Shown here in pieces: positions 1 to 8,987 of a stretch of 37,133 nt of DNA. Origin of the DNA: a virus (Duplodnaviria; Heunggongvirae; Uroviricota; Caudoviricetes); the IMG/VR virus record IMGVR_UViG_2740892210_000013; one strand, 5' to 3'. The notes beneath the pieces are model-generated. The model worked only from the letters and a program-made list of their open reading frames with translations, made no database searches and was not told the DNA's origin. Position 1 is the first letter of the stretch. Each line of letters starts with the position of its first letter. The position numbers and the translations under genes are program-made.

Positions 1-1008
1 CTAATCGATGGACAGTTTATGGACACTTTCAGCCAGCGGATTAAAGTTGATCGCGTCCAGTAAAAAGTCCGGCGAAAAATGAGCGTACGTCATTGTTTGC
101 TGAATCGTTGCGTGCCCCAGGATTCGTTGCAACGTAACAATATTTCCGCCATTCATCATAAAGTGTGTGGCAAATGTATGACGCATGACATGCGTAGCCT
201 GCCCCTTCGGCAAATCCGGTTTCACCTCCTGAAGAATCTCCCGGAACTTCAGATAATCAACCTGATACAATAACCCCGTTCGACGGGTTTTAATCAGAGG
301 CACGACCGAATCCGCCACAGGAACCGAACGGGATTTTCCGTTTTTGGTGTTAAAGAACGTCACCCGGTTGCCAACGATATGCTCTCCACGTAGTTCCGAT
401 GCTTCACTCCATCGGGCACCAGTAGAAAGACACAGAATGGCAACACGACGCGCATCACCCTCCAGTCGCTCAAGAAGCCGTTCAATCTCATCATCAGAAA
501 GAAAGGCCATCTCTGTGTTCTGAACTTTCAGTTTTCGTATACCGCGTACAGGGTTCGCGTTGTGAAAGACCTCAGCTTCAATCAGCACCGTGAACATGGT
601 AGACAGTACGCATAAGTCACGATTAATACTGGACGGCATTAATCCGGCCTGTAATTTCTCTGACCGATATTCAAGCATAAATTTTCGCGTCATCTGACTG
701 GCGCGAGGATCTCCCATTTCACGAACAACCTTCCCTAGCCTAACCCTGTAGCTATCCCCGTAAGCCTGATTACGCCCATCAAGCATCCACCACGCATCAA
801 GCAGCTCTGATAATCGCCGCTGATCAGCTGGCTTAGCCTGCCATGGCTTGTCATGAAAGTTCTGTAACACATACTTCTCAAACTCCTGAGCCTTTGATTT
901 CAGGGCAAAGATTTTTCGAATCCGCTTTCCTTCCGCCCCCTGCGGTCTGACATCGACCTGATAACGTCCGTCTTTGAGTTGCTTAATCGACATGATTAGC
1001 CCCTCCAA
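1..1008 (-). CDS. int: P2-type tyrosine integrase (site-specific recombinase)
   Basis: 335-aa ORF; C-terminal catalytic region HVMRHTFATHF (H-x-x-R) and TMTYAHF (catalytic Tyr); sits next to the C repressor as in P2-like phages. Confidence 0.9.
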   Translation of the reverse strand: MEGLIMSIKQLKDGRYQVDVRPQGAEGKRIRKIFALKSKAQEFEKYVLQNFHDKPWQAKPADQRRLSELLDAWWMLDGRNQAYGDSYRVRLGKVVREMGDPRASQMTRKFMLEYRSEKLQAGLMPSSINRDLCVLSTMFTVLIEAEVFHNANPVRGIRKLKVQNTEMAFLSDDEIERLLERLEGDARRVAILCLSTGARWSEASELRGEHIVGNRVTFFNTKNGKSRSVPVADSVVPLIKTRRTGLLYQVDYLKFREILQEVKPDLPKGQATHVMRHTFATHFMMNGGNIVTLQRILGHATIQQTMTYAHFSPDFLLDAINFNPLAESVHKLSID

Positions 1009-1062
1009 CGGATAAATTAACTAAACACTCCTTGCGATATGTAATTCGCTCAATGTGTAGAG

Positions 1063-1404
1063 TCAGCCAACATTGCGGCCTGATCGGGGTGATTTTTGGG
1101 TAATACCGATTGAAACCTGATCGCCCTCCGACTGAATAGATCCATCAAGAGAGAGAGCCGGAGCAATCTGCCCGGCGACAGGTAGCGTCTTATCTTTTAT
1201 TAGCCACAGCATGTATTTTTCAAAGCGATCGACTTGCAGAACCGCCTCAACGATTTTTGCTCTAGCGTTCTTTTGCCCCGATTCGTAATTCCTTATGGTT
1301 GCCAAAGACAACCCAGTAATATCCGCAAACTGCTTTTGTGTTAACCCTTCCGCCTTACGTATCTGACGTAACTTTTTTGCGTAGTCTATTGACAAGATAA
1401 CCAT
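1063..1404 (-). CDS. C: P2 C-type immunity repressor (HTH); ORF extends to 1458 but start at 1404 (MVILSIDY...) has a GAGAGG RBS
   Basis: HTH region LTQKQFADITGLSLATIRNYESG and the GQIAPAL motif that I recall from P2 C; divergent from the early operon. Confidence 0.7.
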   Translation of the reverse strand: MVILSIDYAKKLRQIRKAEGLTQKQFADITGLSLATIRNYESGQKNARAKIVEAVLQVDRFEKYMLWLIKDKTLPVAGQIAPALSLDGSIQSEGDQVSIGITQKSPRSGRNVG

Positions 1405-1449
1405 TTGAGTATTAACCTCTCGCACAAAGATAACCTTTTGGTTATCTTT
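1389..1449 (+). promoter_or_regulatory. Early promoter/operator region: TTGACA (1389-1394), 15-bp spacer, TATTAA (1410-1415); perfect palindrome AAAGATAACC-TTTT-GGTTATCTTT (1426-1449) plus extra half-site AAGATAACC (1394-1402)
   Basis: Read directly in the sequence between C and the first rightward ORF; the repeated half-site suggests a repressor operator. Confidence 0.45.
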
Positions 1450-1508
1450 ACAAGCCAAAACAAACCATCACAAGGCGCGACAAGCGCACCAACGCAAGAG
1501 GATAACAA

Positions 1509-2030
1509 ATGCGGGACTTCATTGCCGATAAAGAGTTATCTGACCACCAACCACTTCAGGAAAGTGACGCACTCAGCGGATCCATTGATGCCGCCAACGA
1601 CGACGAGCACGAAGAAAACAAGAAAAAGCGTTCCTACAAAAAAGGAGCGACTTTGCGGCTGGATGGTCCGATCGCCGGGCTTTGCTCTCTGGAAAAAGGC
1701 GCGGCATATATTGGGCTAACAAAATCTGCACTGCGCGTAGCCATTCATCGCGGTCAAATGCCGGGACACAAGACGCGCACAAACCCGGAAGATGAAAACT
1801 CAGACGGAGTATGGTGGTTTAACGCCAAAGAGTGGGACAAGTTGGCTGATGAGCTACCAGAGCACGAGCCCCCAGAATGGCACAACTGGAAAAGTTACTG
1901 GACGTATGACCGCCAGAAAAGGAAGTTCTCTCCAGCTAATAAAGAAGACTGCCAGACCATTAACGGTAAGCGAGTTTATACAGGCAGAAGCTCAAAACTG
2001 GACCAACTCAGAAACAACAGAGGCAACTAA
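1509..2030 (+). CDS. First early-operon protein with HTH (Cox/Apl position); 173 aa, longer than P2 Cox, true start uncertain
   Basis: AAGAGG RBS 8 nt upstream of the ATG; HTH-like segment AAYIGLTKSALRVAIHRGQMP; occupies the cox slot after C. Confidence 0.5.
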   Translation: MRDFIADKELSDHQPLQESDALSGSIDAANDDEHEENKKKRSYKKGATLRLDGPIAGLCSLEKGAAYIGLTKSALRVAIHRGQMPGHKTRTNPEDENSDGVWWFNAKEWDKLADELPEHEPPEWHNWKSYWTYDRQKRKFSPANKEDCQTINGKRVYTGRSSKLDQLRNNRGN

Positions 2031-2034
2031 TCGT

Positions 2035-2457
2035 ATGAAAACAAACACGTCAGATTTCACAATAACTATTTCAAAAAATGACCAAGCATTAATTGATAAC
2101 CTGAAATACCTTGCGGAAAAACATAATAACGGACGAATTGCAATTAATTTACGACACATCACAGGAGTAACAATTGTAACCAGTTACTGGCATCTATATC
2201 TAATCGCTAAATCAGTACTTGAAAACAAAGATTCTGTTGTCAATGGAAGAGATATAGATACTCTTCCTGCACAAATCAAACCGATAGCCTATCAATTGCG
2301 TAATCGTTTTAAAAATGAAGGTGGGATTATATTTGACTTTCCCGCAGCTGTAGCCGTGAGCTTCTCTCGGGAGGATATACTTCACTCATTTCGTTTTGCT
2401 CTATCAGGTGACGAGACATTATGGCAGCTAGAAGATGCCGGGAGCAGCCCGGCATAA
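2035..2457 (+). CDS. Hypothetical protein (140 aa) in AT-rich segment
   Basis: Internal ATG of ORF 1792..2457 immediately after the stop of the preceding gene; local AT-richness; no recognisable motif. Confidence 0.4.
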   Translation: MKTNTSDFTITISKNDQALIDNLKYLAEKHNNGRIAINLRHITGVTIVTSYWHLYLIAKSVLENKDSVVNGRDIDTLPAQIKPIAYQLRNRFKNEGGIIFDFPAAVAVSFSREDILHSFRFALSGDETLWQLEDAGSSPA

Positions 2458-2463
2458 ATCAAA

Positions 2464-2655
2464 TTAAAAATCAACCAGTTGTGTGACAGGTGGGTATTTA
2501 CGCTGAATTTTGTCAGTTACTAACGCCAGTAATATATGAATCTCTGCGTTTAATGCGTCTTTATCACCCGTCGTTTTTACCCTGGGAGGGTTAATGTTAT
2601 CCAGAGCAGCACTAAGTTCACTCAACAAATTAACAACTTTTTTATCTTCTGACAT
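2464..2655 (-). CDS. Hypothetical small protein (63 aa), convergent with the 2035..2457 gene
   Basis: ORF with AAGAGG RBS on the minus strand upstream of the ATG at 2655; AT-rich. Confidence 0.4.
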   Translation of the reverse strand: MSEDKKVVNLLSELSAALDNINPPRVKTTGDKDALNAEIHILLALVTDKIQRKYPPVTQLVDF

Positions 2656-2792
2656 GAAAACCTCTTAACAATTTAATTAAACATAAGCCAGGACCTGAAC
2701 CGGCCAGTCCAAGTCCTAGACACACAAAAAAAATACCACAAATCAATACAAGGTGACACGAGTACACCTTACCGAAGGTACAGAGTTTTAAT

Positions 2793-3143
2793 ATGAAACT
2801 ACAGCGCAATTCTTCACAGCAGCGCTTCCGCAACGGTGCGGAACGCCATGCTAACCGTTTCGCTACCAGTGCATCACGTAGCAACTCTCGCTACAGCCTG
2901 AGCGAAACACACGCAACGCCGGATGGCTACCCAGTAAAACAAATTGGTGAACACACTTGGCTGATTGAAAAAGCAGGAATCGTGGTTCACAGATGCCAGC
3001 GCAACCCATTTACCGGAAACCGCATTTTTGCACTGAGCAACGGCGACAATCAGTTCGGGCAGGATTTCACATTGTACGAAGCACTTCGCACAGTTGATCG
3101 TCTGCTTCGCGGACAAAGTTTTATTAAACAGGCTGATTTATAA
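2793..3143 (+). CDS. Hypothetical early protein (116 aa)
   Basis: ORF in the early operon orientation; no recognisable motif. Confidence 0.45.
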   Translation: MKLQRNSSQQRFRNGAERHANRFATSASRSNSRYSLSETHATPDGYPVKQIGEHTWLIEKAGIVVHRCQRNPFTGNRIFALSNGDNQFGQDFTLYEALRTVDRLLRGQSFIKQADL

Positions 3144-3153
3144 CAGGTGCTTT

Positions 3154-3432
3154 ATGACCAAAGAGCATGCACAAGGTGTATTTATTCGTTTTATTGATTT
3201 TCGCGGTGAACTGTTATTACGCGCATCAGCTATTGATGGAGTCGTTCCATCCGAAAAAAATGCAGCTACTTACGTTTATCTGAACGGCACGCGCCTGACC
3301 GTAGAACTTCCGTACCAGACTGTACACGAAATCATTAGCGAAGCGGAAAAAGCACGTAAGACTAATGGCGATGAACCCTATATCGAAATTATTTGTATGG
3401 ATTCAGAAGCAGAAATTCAGAAAGCAGATTAA
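3154..3432 (+). CDS. Hypothetical early protein (92 aa)
   Basis: Internal ATG (MTKEH...) of ORF 3094..3432, tightly packed with neighbours. Confidence 0.4.
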   Translation: MTKEHAQGVFIRFIDFRGELLLRASAIDGVVPSEKNAATYVYLNGTRLTVELPYQTVHEIISEAEKARKTNGDEPYIEIICMDSEAEIQKAD

Positions 3433-3443
3433 AGGGCGTTGCG

Positions 3444-3686
3444 ATGGGCAAAGAATATAAAACTCTCATTAATAAAGCACTTGAGCGTTTTTATTTTCGC
3501 TTAAGTGCATCAGGCGCTCATGCTGAACGTGCAGCCCGTGACTCATTGACCAGGGCAATCCGGAGTCTGTATGACGTGGCTTTTTACGCTGATGATCTGG
3601 ATGCACTTAACGAACTTTCCGAGCTGATCTGTGCCGCAGAATGCGGGGAACATATTGAACCGTATAAGCTGGGGAATATTGCATGA
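3444..3686 (+). CDS. Hypothetical early protein (80 aa)
   Basis: Internal ATG (MGKEYK...) of ORF 3393..3686; start chosen to avoid overlap with the upstream gene. Confidence 0.4.
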   Translation: MGKEYKTLINKALERFYFRLSASGAHAERAARDSLTRAIRSLYDVAFYADDLDALNELSELICAAECGEHIEPYKLGNIA

Positions 3687-3796
3687 GTATATTTATCTCA
3701 TGGCTTGTTCTGATTATTTCGGTGGTCTGCGCCATTGGGATTATGCGAATTATTAATTCAGTGAAAAAGATCGAGCGTTTTTTCTCTGATGAATAA
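3683..3796 (+). CDS. Possible small hydrophobic membrane peptide (37 aa, MSIFISWLVLIISVVCAIGIMRIINSVKKIERFFSDE)
   Basis: ATG overlaps the upstream stop (ATGA); single predicted transmembrane helix; below the ORF-track length cutoff. Confidence 0.3.
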   Translation: MSIFISWLVLIISVVCAIGIMRIINSVKKIERFFSDE

Positions 3797-3888
3797 CGAT
3801 ACAAATAAAACATCAAATTAAATAAGAAAACGTGAAAACCATCCGTATTAACGGAGGTATTCGCACACGTAAATAATGGAGATATAAA

Positions 3889-4305
3889 ATGAACGCAAAA
3901 GAAGAAGGCATTATCAACACATTAAAAAAAATATCAGAAGCGGAAGATGAAATGGCTAAAGATGCCGTGAAGCGTAGCCAACATATGGCAGCACTTCACG
4001 CACTGACCATCGCAAAAATCACCGCTGACGCAGCCAAAATTATTGAGGAACAGGGCAAAGAAATCGACACTCTTAAAACACAGTCAACAGTTGCAGCCAT
4101 GAATCCGTCCAGCATTGGACGCCGCATTTACATTCTTGGTTCGGCAATAATGACGCAATACACCATTATTGCCGAACTGCACGGCAAATACCTGATAACG
4201 CCTTACCACACAAAGGAGTCAGAGCTTCTGACAAATCTCCGCCTGATAGAACGCTCTCAAGCTGTATTCATTGATGACGCGCAACGTGCCGTATTTAACG
4301 CATAG
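3889..4305 (+). CDS. Hypothetical early protein (138 aa)
   Basis: ORF preceded by a GGAG-type RBS (taaataatGGAGatataaaATG). Confidence 0.5.
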   Translation: MNAKEEGIINTLKKISEAEDEMAKDAVKRSQHMAALHALTIAKITADAAKIIEEQGKEIDTLKTQSTVAAMNPSSIGRRIYILGSAIMTQYTIIAELHGKYLITPYHTKESELLTNLRLIERSQAVFIDDAQRAVFNA

Positions 4306-4328
4306 GGTTACTGGACAAAGGGGGCGCA

Positions 4329-4532
4329 ATGGCAATTAAGCATTTTCCCGTCGTTCGCTTTACCTCCAGAGGGCGCGAATACGAGGTCGACGAACGCCTG
4401 ATTACCACTATCGACAAACATCGTTCGGAAAAGGATGCACACCACATCTACCTCACTGACGGCACTTACTTCTGCGCCACCAACGTGGCGCGGGTGAATC
4501 TTATCCGACAGGTACAGGAGCCACGCAGATGA
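4329..4532 (+). CDS. Hypothetical early protein (67 aa)
   Basis: ORF whose stop overlaps the next gene's start. Confidence 0.45.
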   Translation: MAIKHFPVVRFTSRGREYEVDERLITTIDKHRSEKDAHHIYLTDGTYFCATNVARVNLIRQVQEPRR

Positions 4533-4795
4533 CCATTCTGGACTACATCGCTACTCATCCGGGGTGTAGCGGCGGAGAGATCGCCGCAGCACTGAATACT
4601 CCAACCACAGCCATTAATGCTGAGTTACGCCAACTTTGGCGCGGCGGCTTAGTCATCAGAACAAACCGCAGCACAGGTGGTCGCGCTCGCAAAACTGGAG
4701 GCCAGGCTTCTTACCACGTAAACCCGATGCCGTTCGGGTGTAGCAATCCACTTACTCACATGTTTAACCAGCTACTGAAGGAAGCCAGAGCATGA
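4529..4795 (+). CDS. Hypothetical early protein (88 aa)
   Basis: ORF translationally coupled to both neighbours; no recognisable motif. Confidence 0.45.
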   Translation: MTILDYIATHPGCSGGEIAAALNTPTTAINAELRQLWRGGLVIRTNRSTGGRARKTGGQASYHVNPMPFGCSNPLTHMFNQLLKEARA

Positions 4796-5091
4796 GCACC
4801 ATCAACCACCAGAAGCTACGCGAACTGGCATTTGCCCTGCAACGAATGGCAACGCCTCAAAAATTACTGGCATTTCGCGCAATGCTCTCGCCGTCTGCTG
4901 TGCTGGCATTGCTGGATGAGCTGGAGCACGCCAGAACCACGGCTCCTGCCATTCGCCTGACGCTCCATCATGAAATCGCTGATTTCTGCGCGACATTGGA
5001 GGCGCCAGGCGAACCGGAAACGCCGGAAGCAATACAGCAAGAGCTGCTGCAACGCATTGACAAGGTTTTTGATTTTTTTCTGAACCAGTAA
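4792..5091 (+). CDS. Hypothetical early protein (99 aa)
   Basis: ORF overlapping the upstream stop codon. Confidence 0.45.
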   Translation: MSTINHQKLRELAFALQRMATPQKLLAFRAMLSPSAVLALLDELEHARTTAPAIRLTLHHEIADFCATLEAPGEPETPEAIQQELLQRIDKVFDFFLNQ

Positions 5092-5413
5092 GAAACCAGA
5101 GCATGCACACACAAAAAAACCGCTTGCCATGCCGCAATCGGTCAGGTTACATTTCCGCTGCACCTCATAAAACGGGTGCCGGGATTCTCAACCCGATACA
5201 GAGCAAAGCGCATAACCGCGCCAGCGGTTTTTTTGTGCGTACTGTATTGCCACGTCTTTTTCGCGTCAGAATTATGGCGGGGCGTACGGGGCCGACTTCG
5301 GTCGGGCCGGATTCTTTGCTCTCCGGTGTTGAGAACCCTGTACGTCTCGCCACCCCGAGATTCTCAACTCTGGATGGTGAGTTATTTCTATCACCGAGCA
5401 AAGAGGCCACACC

Positions 5414-5644
5414 ATGGCAAACCGCAAACAGCACCGCGCTATCGCGGAGCGTCGTCACATCCAGACTGAAATCAACCGCAGACTTTCCCGCGCATTCCGC
5501 GTCGCTAAAATCATGCACATCAATATGCTGCATGAGCGTAGCTGCGAACTTTCAAACCTCTACTCATCCGCTGTTTTCAGCTATCTGGCGGATGATCTGC
5601 GCGAGCTTCAACAGCTCATCCAGCAGCAAAACAAACTCCATTAA
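5414..5644 (+). CDS. Hypothetical early protein (76 aa)
   Basis: AAGAGG RBS 7 nt upstream of the ATG. Confidence 0.45.
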   Translation: MANRKQHRAIAERRHIQTEINRRLSRAFRVAKIMHINMLHERSCELSNLYSSAVFSYLADDLRELQQLIQQQNKLH

Positions 5645-5716
5645 TTCCTGTTCCGGGCCTTTCCTGCACCTTGCGGCGGGAGGCCTTCGCACATCTGTAA
5701 CAAGAGGATTGCCGCA

Positions 5717-6082
5717 ATGATTCTCGCCAACGACTTTCTTGAATACCTGCTCAACACAGAGCGTGATCTTGCCGCTCGCGTACGTGATCGTTATGACATG
5801 TATCTGAAATCCCTGCCTGTGCCGCAGCTCGCTGACGGAAAGATTGTTATTGATGGTCGCTACATGATTGACAGCCACGAGGGAAATTACAGGCTTTACC
5901 GCATTGAAGGTGGCACCCCGTCCGTTATTGGCATTTACCAGCGCCCATCCTCTGCAATCGTCGATGTGATTGCCGACAGCATCCGCATCACACATCGCCA
6001 TGCCGACACAGAAGACACCGTGCTGGAAATTCAGCGGCTGGCTGCCGTCTGCCGCGACACCCTGAATGGCATGACGAAGTAA
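5717..6082 (+). CDS. Hypothetical early protein (121 aa) immediately upstream of A
   Basis: ORF ending 6 nt before the A start codon. Confidence 0.45.
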   Translation: MILANDFLEYLLNTERDLAARVRDRYDMYLKSLPVPQLADGKIVIDGRYMIDSHEGNYRLYRIEGGTPSVIGIYQRPSSAIVDVIADSIRITHRHADTEDTVLEIQRLAAVCRDTLNGMTK

Positions 6083-6088
6083 ATCACT

Positions 6089-8911
6089 ATGACGGCAGAG
6101 TACATCAGGGACTGGCAACAACCGCGCCACGCAGTGGGACGTGAAGGAACGGGGATCCCCGTTCCTGAATCCGCGCTTTCCTCCTGGCTGGATGCCTACC
6201 GGGCAGAGAACGAGCGCCGCCAGGAAATGGCTGATGCGGCGTTCTCCGCCACGCCGCTGGGCAACCTGATTAATAAAAGCCTGGATGCACAGGAAAAACA
6301 GGACAAAACCATCACACTGGCAGGAGACGCCAGAAAACAGGTACGCGGTGCGGTGGATGAAGCCATGGCCTCGCTGCGCCTGCTGCCGTCCTATCTGCGC
6401 GATCCGCTTATTCGCCACCTCTCCTTCCTGCGCAAAAAACAGGAAGCCGATCGCCGGAAAGGCAAAAAGAGCTGGCAGGCTGAACGCTACGCGCGCGGAA
6501 CCCTGCGCAAAATATTCGAACGTCTGGACCGCACCGACCACCGCTGGCTGACACCGGGTTATCGCTCCCTTGCCGGACGCGAACGCCTGGATGATTTGCT
6601 TTACCTGCCGCAGCTCAACAAGCACCAGATACAGACGCTGGCCACCATGACGGCGGCGATGTTCAGCAGCACCTTCGAAAAACTCTGCGATGGCTTTGGC
6701 GCGACTGATGGCGAGCTGACCATGGATGTAACGCTGAAGGCGTATCAGATGCTGGCCCGCATGGCGTTACACCTGCACGCCATGCCTCCGCATTATGACG
6801 CACTGACAACAGACAAAGACCGGAGGAACGAACCGGACACGGAGCTGCTGCCGGGCGCAATCCTTCGCCTGACCTGTGCGGAATGGTGGAAACGCAAACT
6901 GTGGCTGTTACGTTGCGAGTGGCGGGAAGAACAACTCCGCGCCGCCTGTCTGGTTTCCAGAAAAACATCGCCCTATCTGAGCCAGGACGCGTTAAGCGAG
7001 TTTCGCGCACAGCGCGAGAAAACACGCGATTTCCTGAAAAGTTTCATGCTGGAAAACGAAGACGGGTTCACGATTGATCTCGAGACGGTGTATTACGCGG
7101 GAGTAAGTAACCCGGTTCACCGTAAGGCAGAAATGATGGCCACCATGAAGGGGCTGGAACTTCTGGCCGAAGCCCGTGGCGACAAAGCGGTGTTTCTGAC
7201 TGTCACCTGCCCGTCAAAATACCACGCCACAACAGAGAACGGTCATCCGAATCCCAAATGGAACGGGGCCACCATGCGCGACTCCAGCGATTACCTGGTT
7301 AACACGTTTTTTGCGGCGGTCCGCAAGAAACTGAACCGCGACGGCCTGCGCTGGTATGGCATCCGCACGGTGGAGCCTCACCATGACGGCACCGTGCACT
7401 GGCATATGATGGTCTTTGCTCATCCGGAAGAAATCGACACCATTGTGTCCCACACCCGCGATATTGCCATTCAGGAAGATCGTCACGAGCTGGGTGATGA
7501 TATTACCCCACGCTTTAAGGCGGAGTACGTCGACGGCTCAAAAGGCACACCGACCAGCTACATCGCCACCTACATCGGGAAAAACCTGGACAGCCGTGCC
7601 GTGGATGGCATCGACCCGAAAACGGGCAAGCCACGCGTTGACCACGAAACCGGAAAATCAATGGCCGAGAGCGTGGAACGCGCCATCGGCTGGGCGCGCC
7701 TTCACCGGGTCCGCCAGTTCCAGTTCTTTGGTATCCCCTCCCGTCAGGTGTGGCGTGAACTGCGCCGCCTTGCCAGCCAGATGGCTCGCAACCCGGAAGG
7801 ACCGCAACGGCTGAAGGATGACGCAATGGACGCGGTTCTTGCTGCCGCTGATGCCGGATGTTTTGCCACCTACATAGAGAAACAGGGCGGCGTACTTGTT
7901 CCACGCAAGGACTACCTGATTCGCACCGCCTACGACCTCGCCGATGAGCTGAACGATTACGGTGAACAGAGCGTACAGATTTACGGGATCTGGTCACCGC
8001 TCATCGGGGAGTCTTCCCGCGTATGCACGCATCCGGACAACTGGAAGCTGGTAAGACGCAAACCGGAAGCGGAAGACAGCGCCCGCGAAAATGGTTTTGA
8101 CCTTCAGGGCGGCCCTGCCGCACCTTGGACTCGTGGCAATAACTGTCCCCGTGTACAGGAAACGGACAACAACGGGACAGAACAGCCGGAAGAACGGCCA
8201 GCACCGTGGCCGCAGCTTCCTGACGGCGTTGACGTGAACGAATGGATGCGCTCACTGAAACGGCACGAACGCCGGGCGCTGATGCGTTCGCTGCGTGACA
8301 AACAGGCAAAAAACAGCAGTGATGAAATGCAGAGCTGGACACAGAGCCGCAAACAGCAGCGGCCTTTGCCTGATAACCACGAATTACTCGCTAAAGAATG
8401 GCGGGAATCTGCCGAATCTCTCGGCCTGCATATCGGTGAACAGCAGATGCAGCACCTGTTACGGGGCGGCAGCCTGTACGTTGACGGCAGCATCATTGCA
8501 CCGCAGGGATTTGAAATTGTACGCAAACCGGATACCCGCCCGGACAGCCGAATCACGCAGCTCTGGCAGCGCCTGAGCCGTAATCACGGCGTAAGCAGCA
8601 CGGAGATCCGCCATAACCCGGTCGCCAGCTATCTGGAACAGCTGGGGGCATCAGACCCCGAAGCCGCCGCACGTCTGGCATCCACACTTCAGCAGGACCA
8701 GAACACCATGAACCCCCCCGTTACCGTGCTTTCTGACATGCTGCGCGCCATCCGCGACGCAGAGCACGCACAGAGAATCAGTGAAACCACTGAACGTGCC
8801 CGCCGCAAAGCAGACCTGCTGCGGGGTGGCCTGACCAGTGGAAACAAAAAACAGACAGAAACGGGATTCACAAATCCCGTAAATGAGCAAAAAACGCGCC
8901 GCGATATATGA
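6089..8911 (+). CDS. A: P2 gpA-family replication initiation endonuclease (rolling-circle), 940 aa with a long C-terminal extension
   Basis: HWHMMVF (H-u-H-type) motif; large size and position after the early operon as in P2; longer than the P2 A size I recall. Confidence 0.8.
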   Translation: MTAEYIRDWQQPRHAVGREGTGIPVPESALSSWLDAYRAENERRQEMADAAFSATPLGNLINKSLDAQEKQDKTITLAGDARKQVRGAVDEAMASLRLLPSYLRDPLIRHLSFLRKKQEADRRKGKKSWQAERYARGTLRKIFERLDRTDHRWLTPGYRSLAGRERLDDLLYLPQLNKHQIQTLATMTAAMFSSTFEKLCDGFGATDGELTMDVTLKAYQMLARMALHLHAMPPHYDALTTDKDRRNEPDTELLPGAILRLTCAEWWKRKLWLLRCEWREEQLRAACLVSRKTSPYLSQDALSEFRAQREKTRDFLKSFMLENEDGFTIDLETVYYAGVSNPVHRKAEMMATMKGLELLAEARGDKAVFLTVTCPSKYHATTENGHPNPKWNGATMRDSSDYLVNTFFAAVRKKLNRDGLRWYGIRTVEPHHDGTVHWHMMVFAHPEEIDTIVSHTRDIAIQEDRHELGDDITPRFKAEYVDGSKGTPTSYIATYIGKNLDSRAVDGIDPKTGKPRVDHETGKSMAESVERAIGWARLHRVRQFQFFGIPSRQVWRELRRLASQMARNPEGPQRLKDDAMDAVLAAADAGCFATYIEKQGGVLVPRKDYLIRTAYDLADELNDYGEQSVQIYGIWSPLIGESSRVCTHPDNWKLVRRKPEAEDSARENGFDLQGGPAAPWTRGNNCPRVQETDNNGTEQPEERPAPWPQLPDGVDVNEWMRSLKRHERRALMRSLRDKQAKNSSDEMQSWTQSRKQQRPLPDNHELLAKEWRESAESLGLHIGEQQMQHLLRGGSLYVDGSIIAPQGFEIVRKPDTRPDSRITQLWQRLSRNHGVSSTEIRHNPVASYLEQLGASDPEAAARLASTLQQDQNTMNPPVTVLSDMLRAIRDAEHAQRISETTERARRKADLLRGGLTSGNKKQTETGFTNPVNEQKTRRDI

Positions 8912-8953
8912 AGCGCACACAAAACAGGCAAAAACGGGATTTCAGAATCCCGT
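8861..8953. repeat. Two 20-bp palindromes ACGGGATT-N4-AATCCCGT (8861-8880 and 8934-8953) within a ~35-bp direct repeat, spanning the A 3' end and the parM upstream region
   Basis: Read directly; candidate operator/centromere (parC-like) for the downstream parMR pair. Confidence 0.5.
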
Positions 8954-8987
8954 AAACGATTAATTAATCAACATAAGGAAAAGCGAC

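Noticed and set aside
1405-1719. 104-aa plus-strand ORF overlapping the C operator region and the first early gene
   Set aside because: Starts inside the operator/promoter and overlaps the better-supported 1509..2030 ORF, which has a strong RBS.
5092-5413. Possible retron msr/msd non-coding RNA
   Set aside because: Inverted repeats are present, but no reverse transcriptase gene exists anywhere in the window.
5103-5720. 205-aa ORF spanning the repeat-rich intergenic region
   Set aside because: Ser/Thr/Pro-rich low-complexity translation reading through hairpins and repeats; more likely non-coding.
5564-6625. 353-aa minus-strand ORF overlapping the 3' end of the early genes and the start of A
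   Set aside because: Antisense shadow ORF in GC-rich coding sequence; Ala/Gly/Arg-rich low-complexity translation, no RBS context; the plus-strand genes here are well supported.
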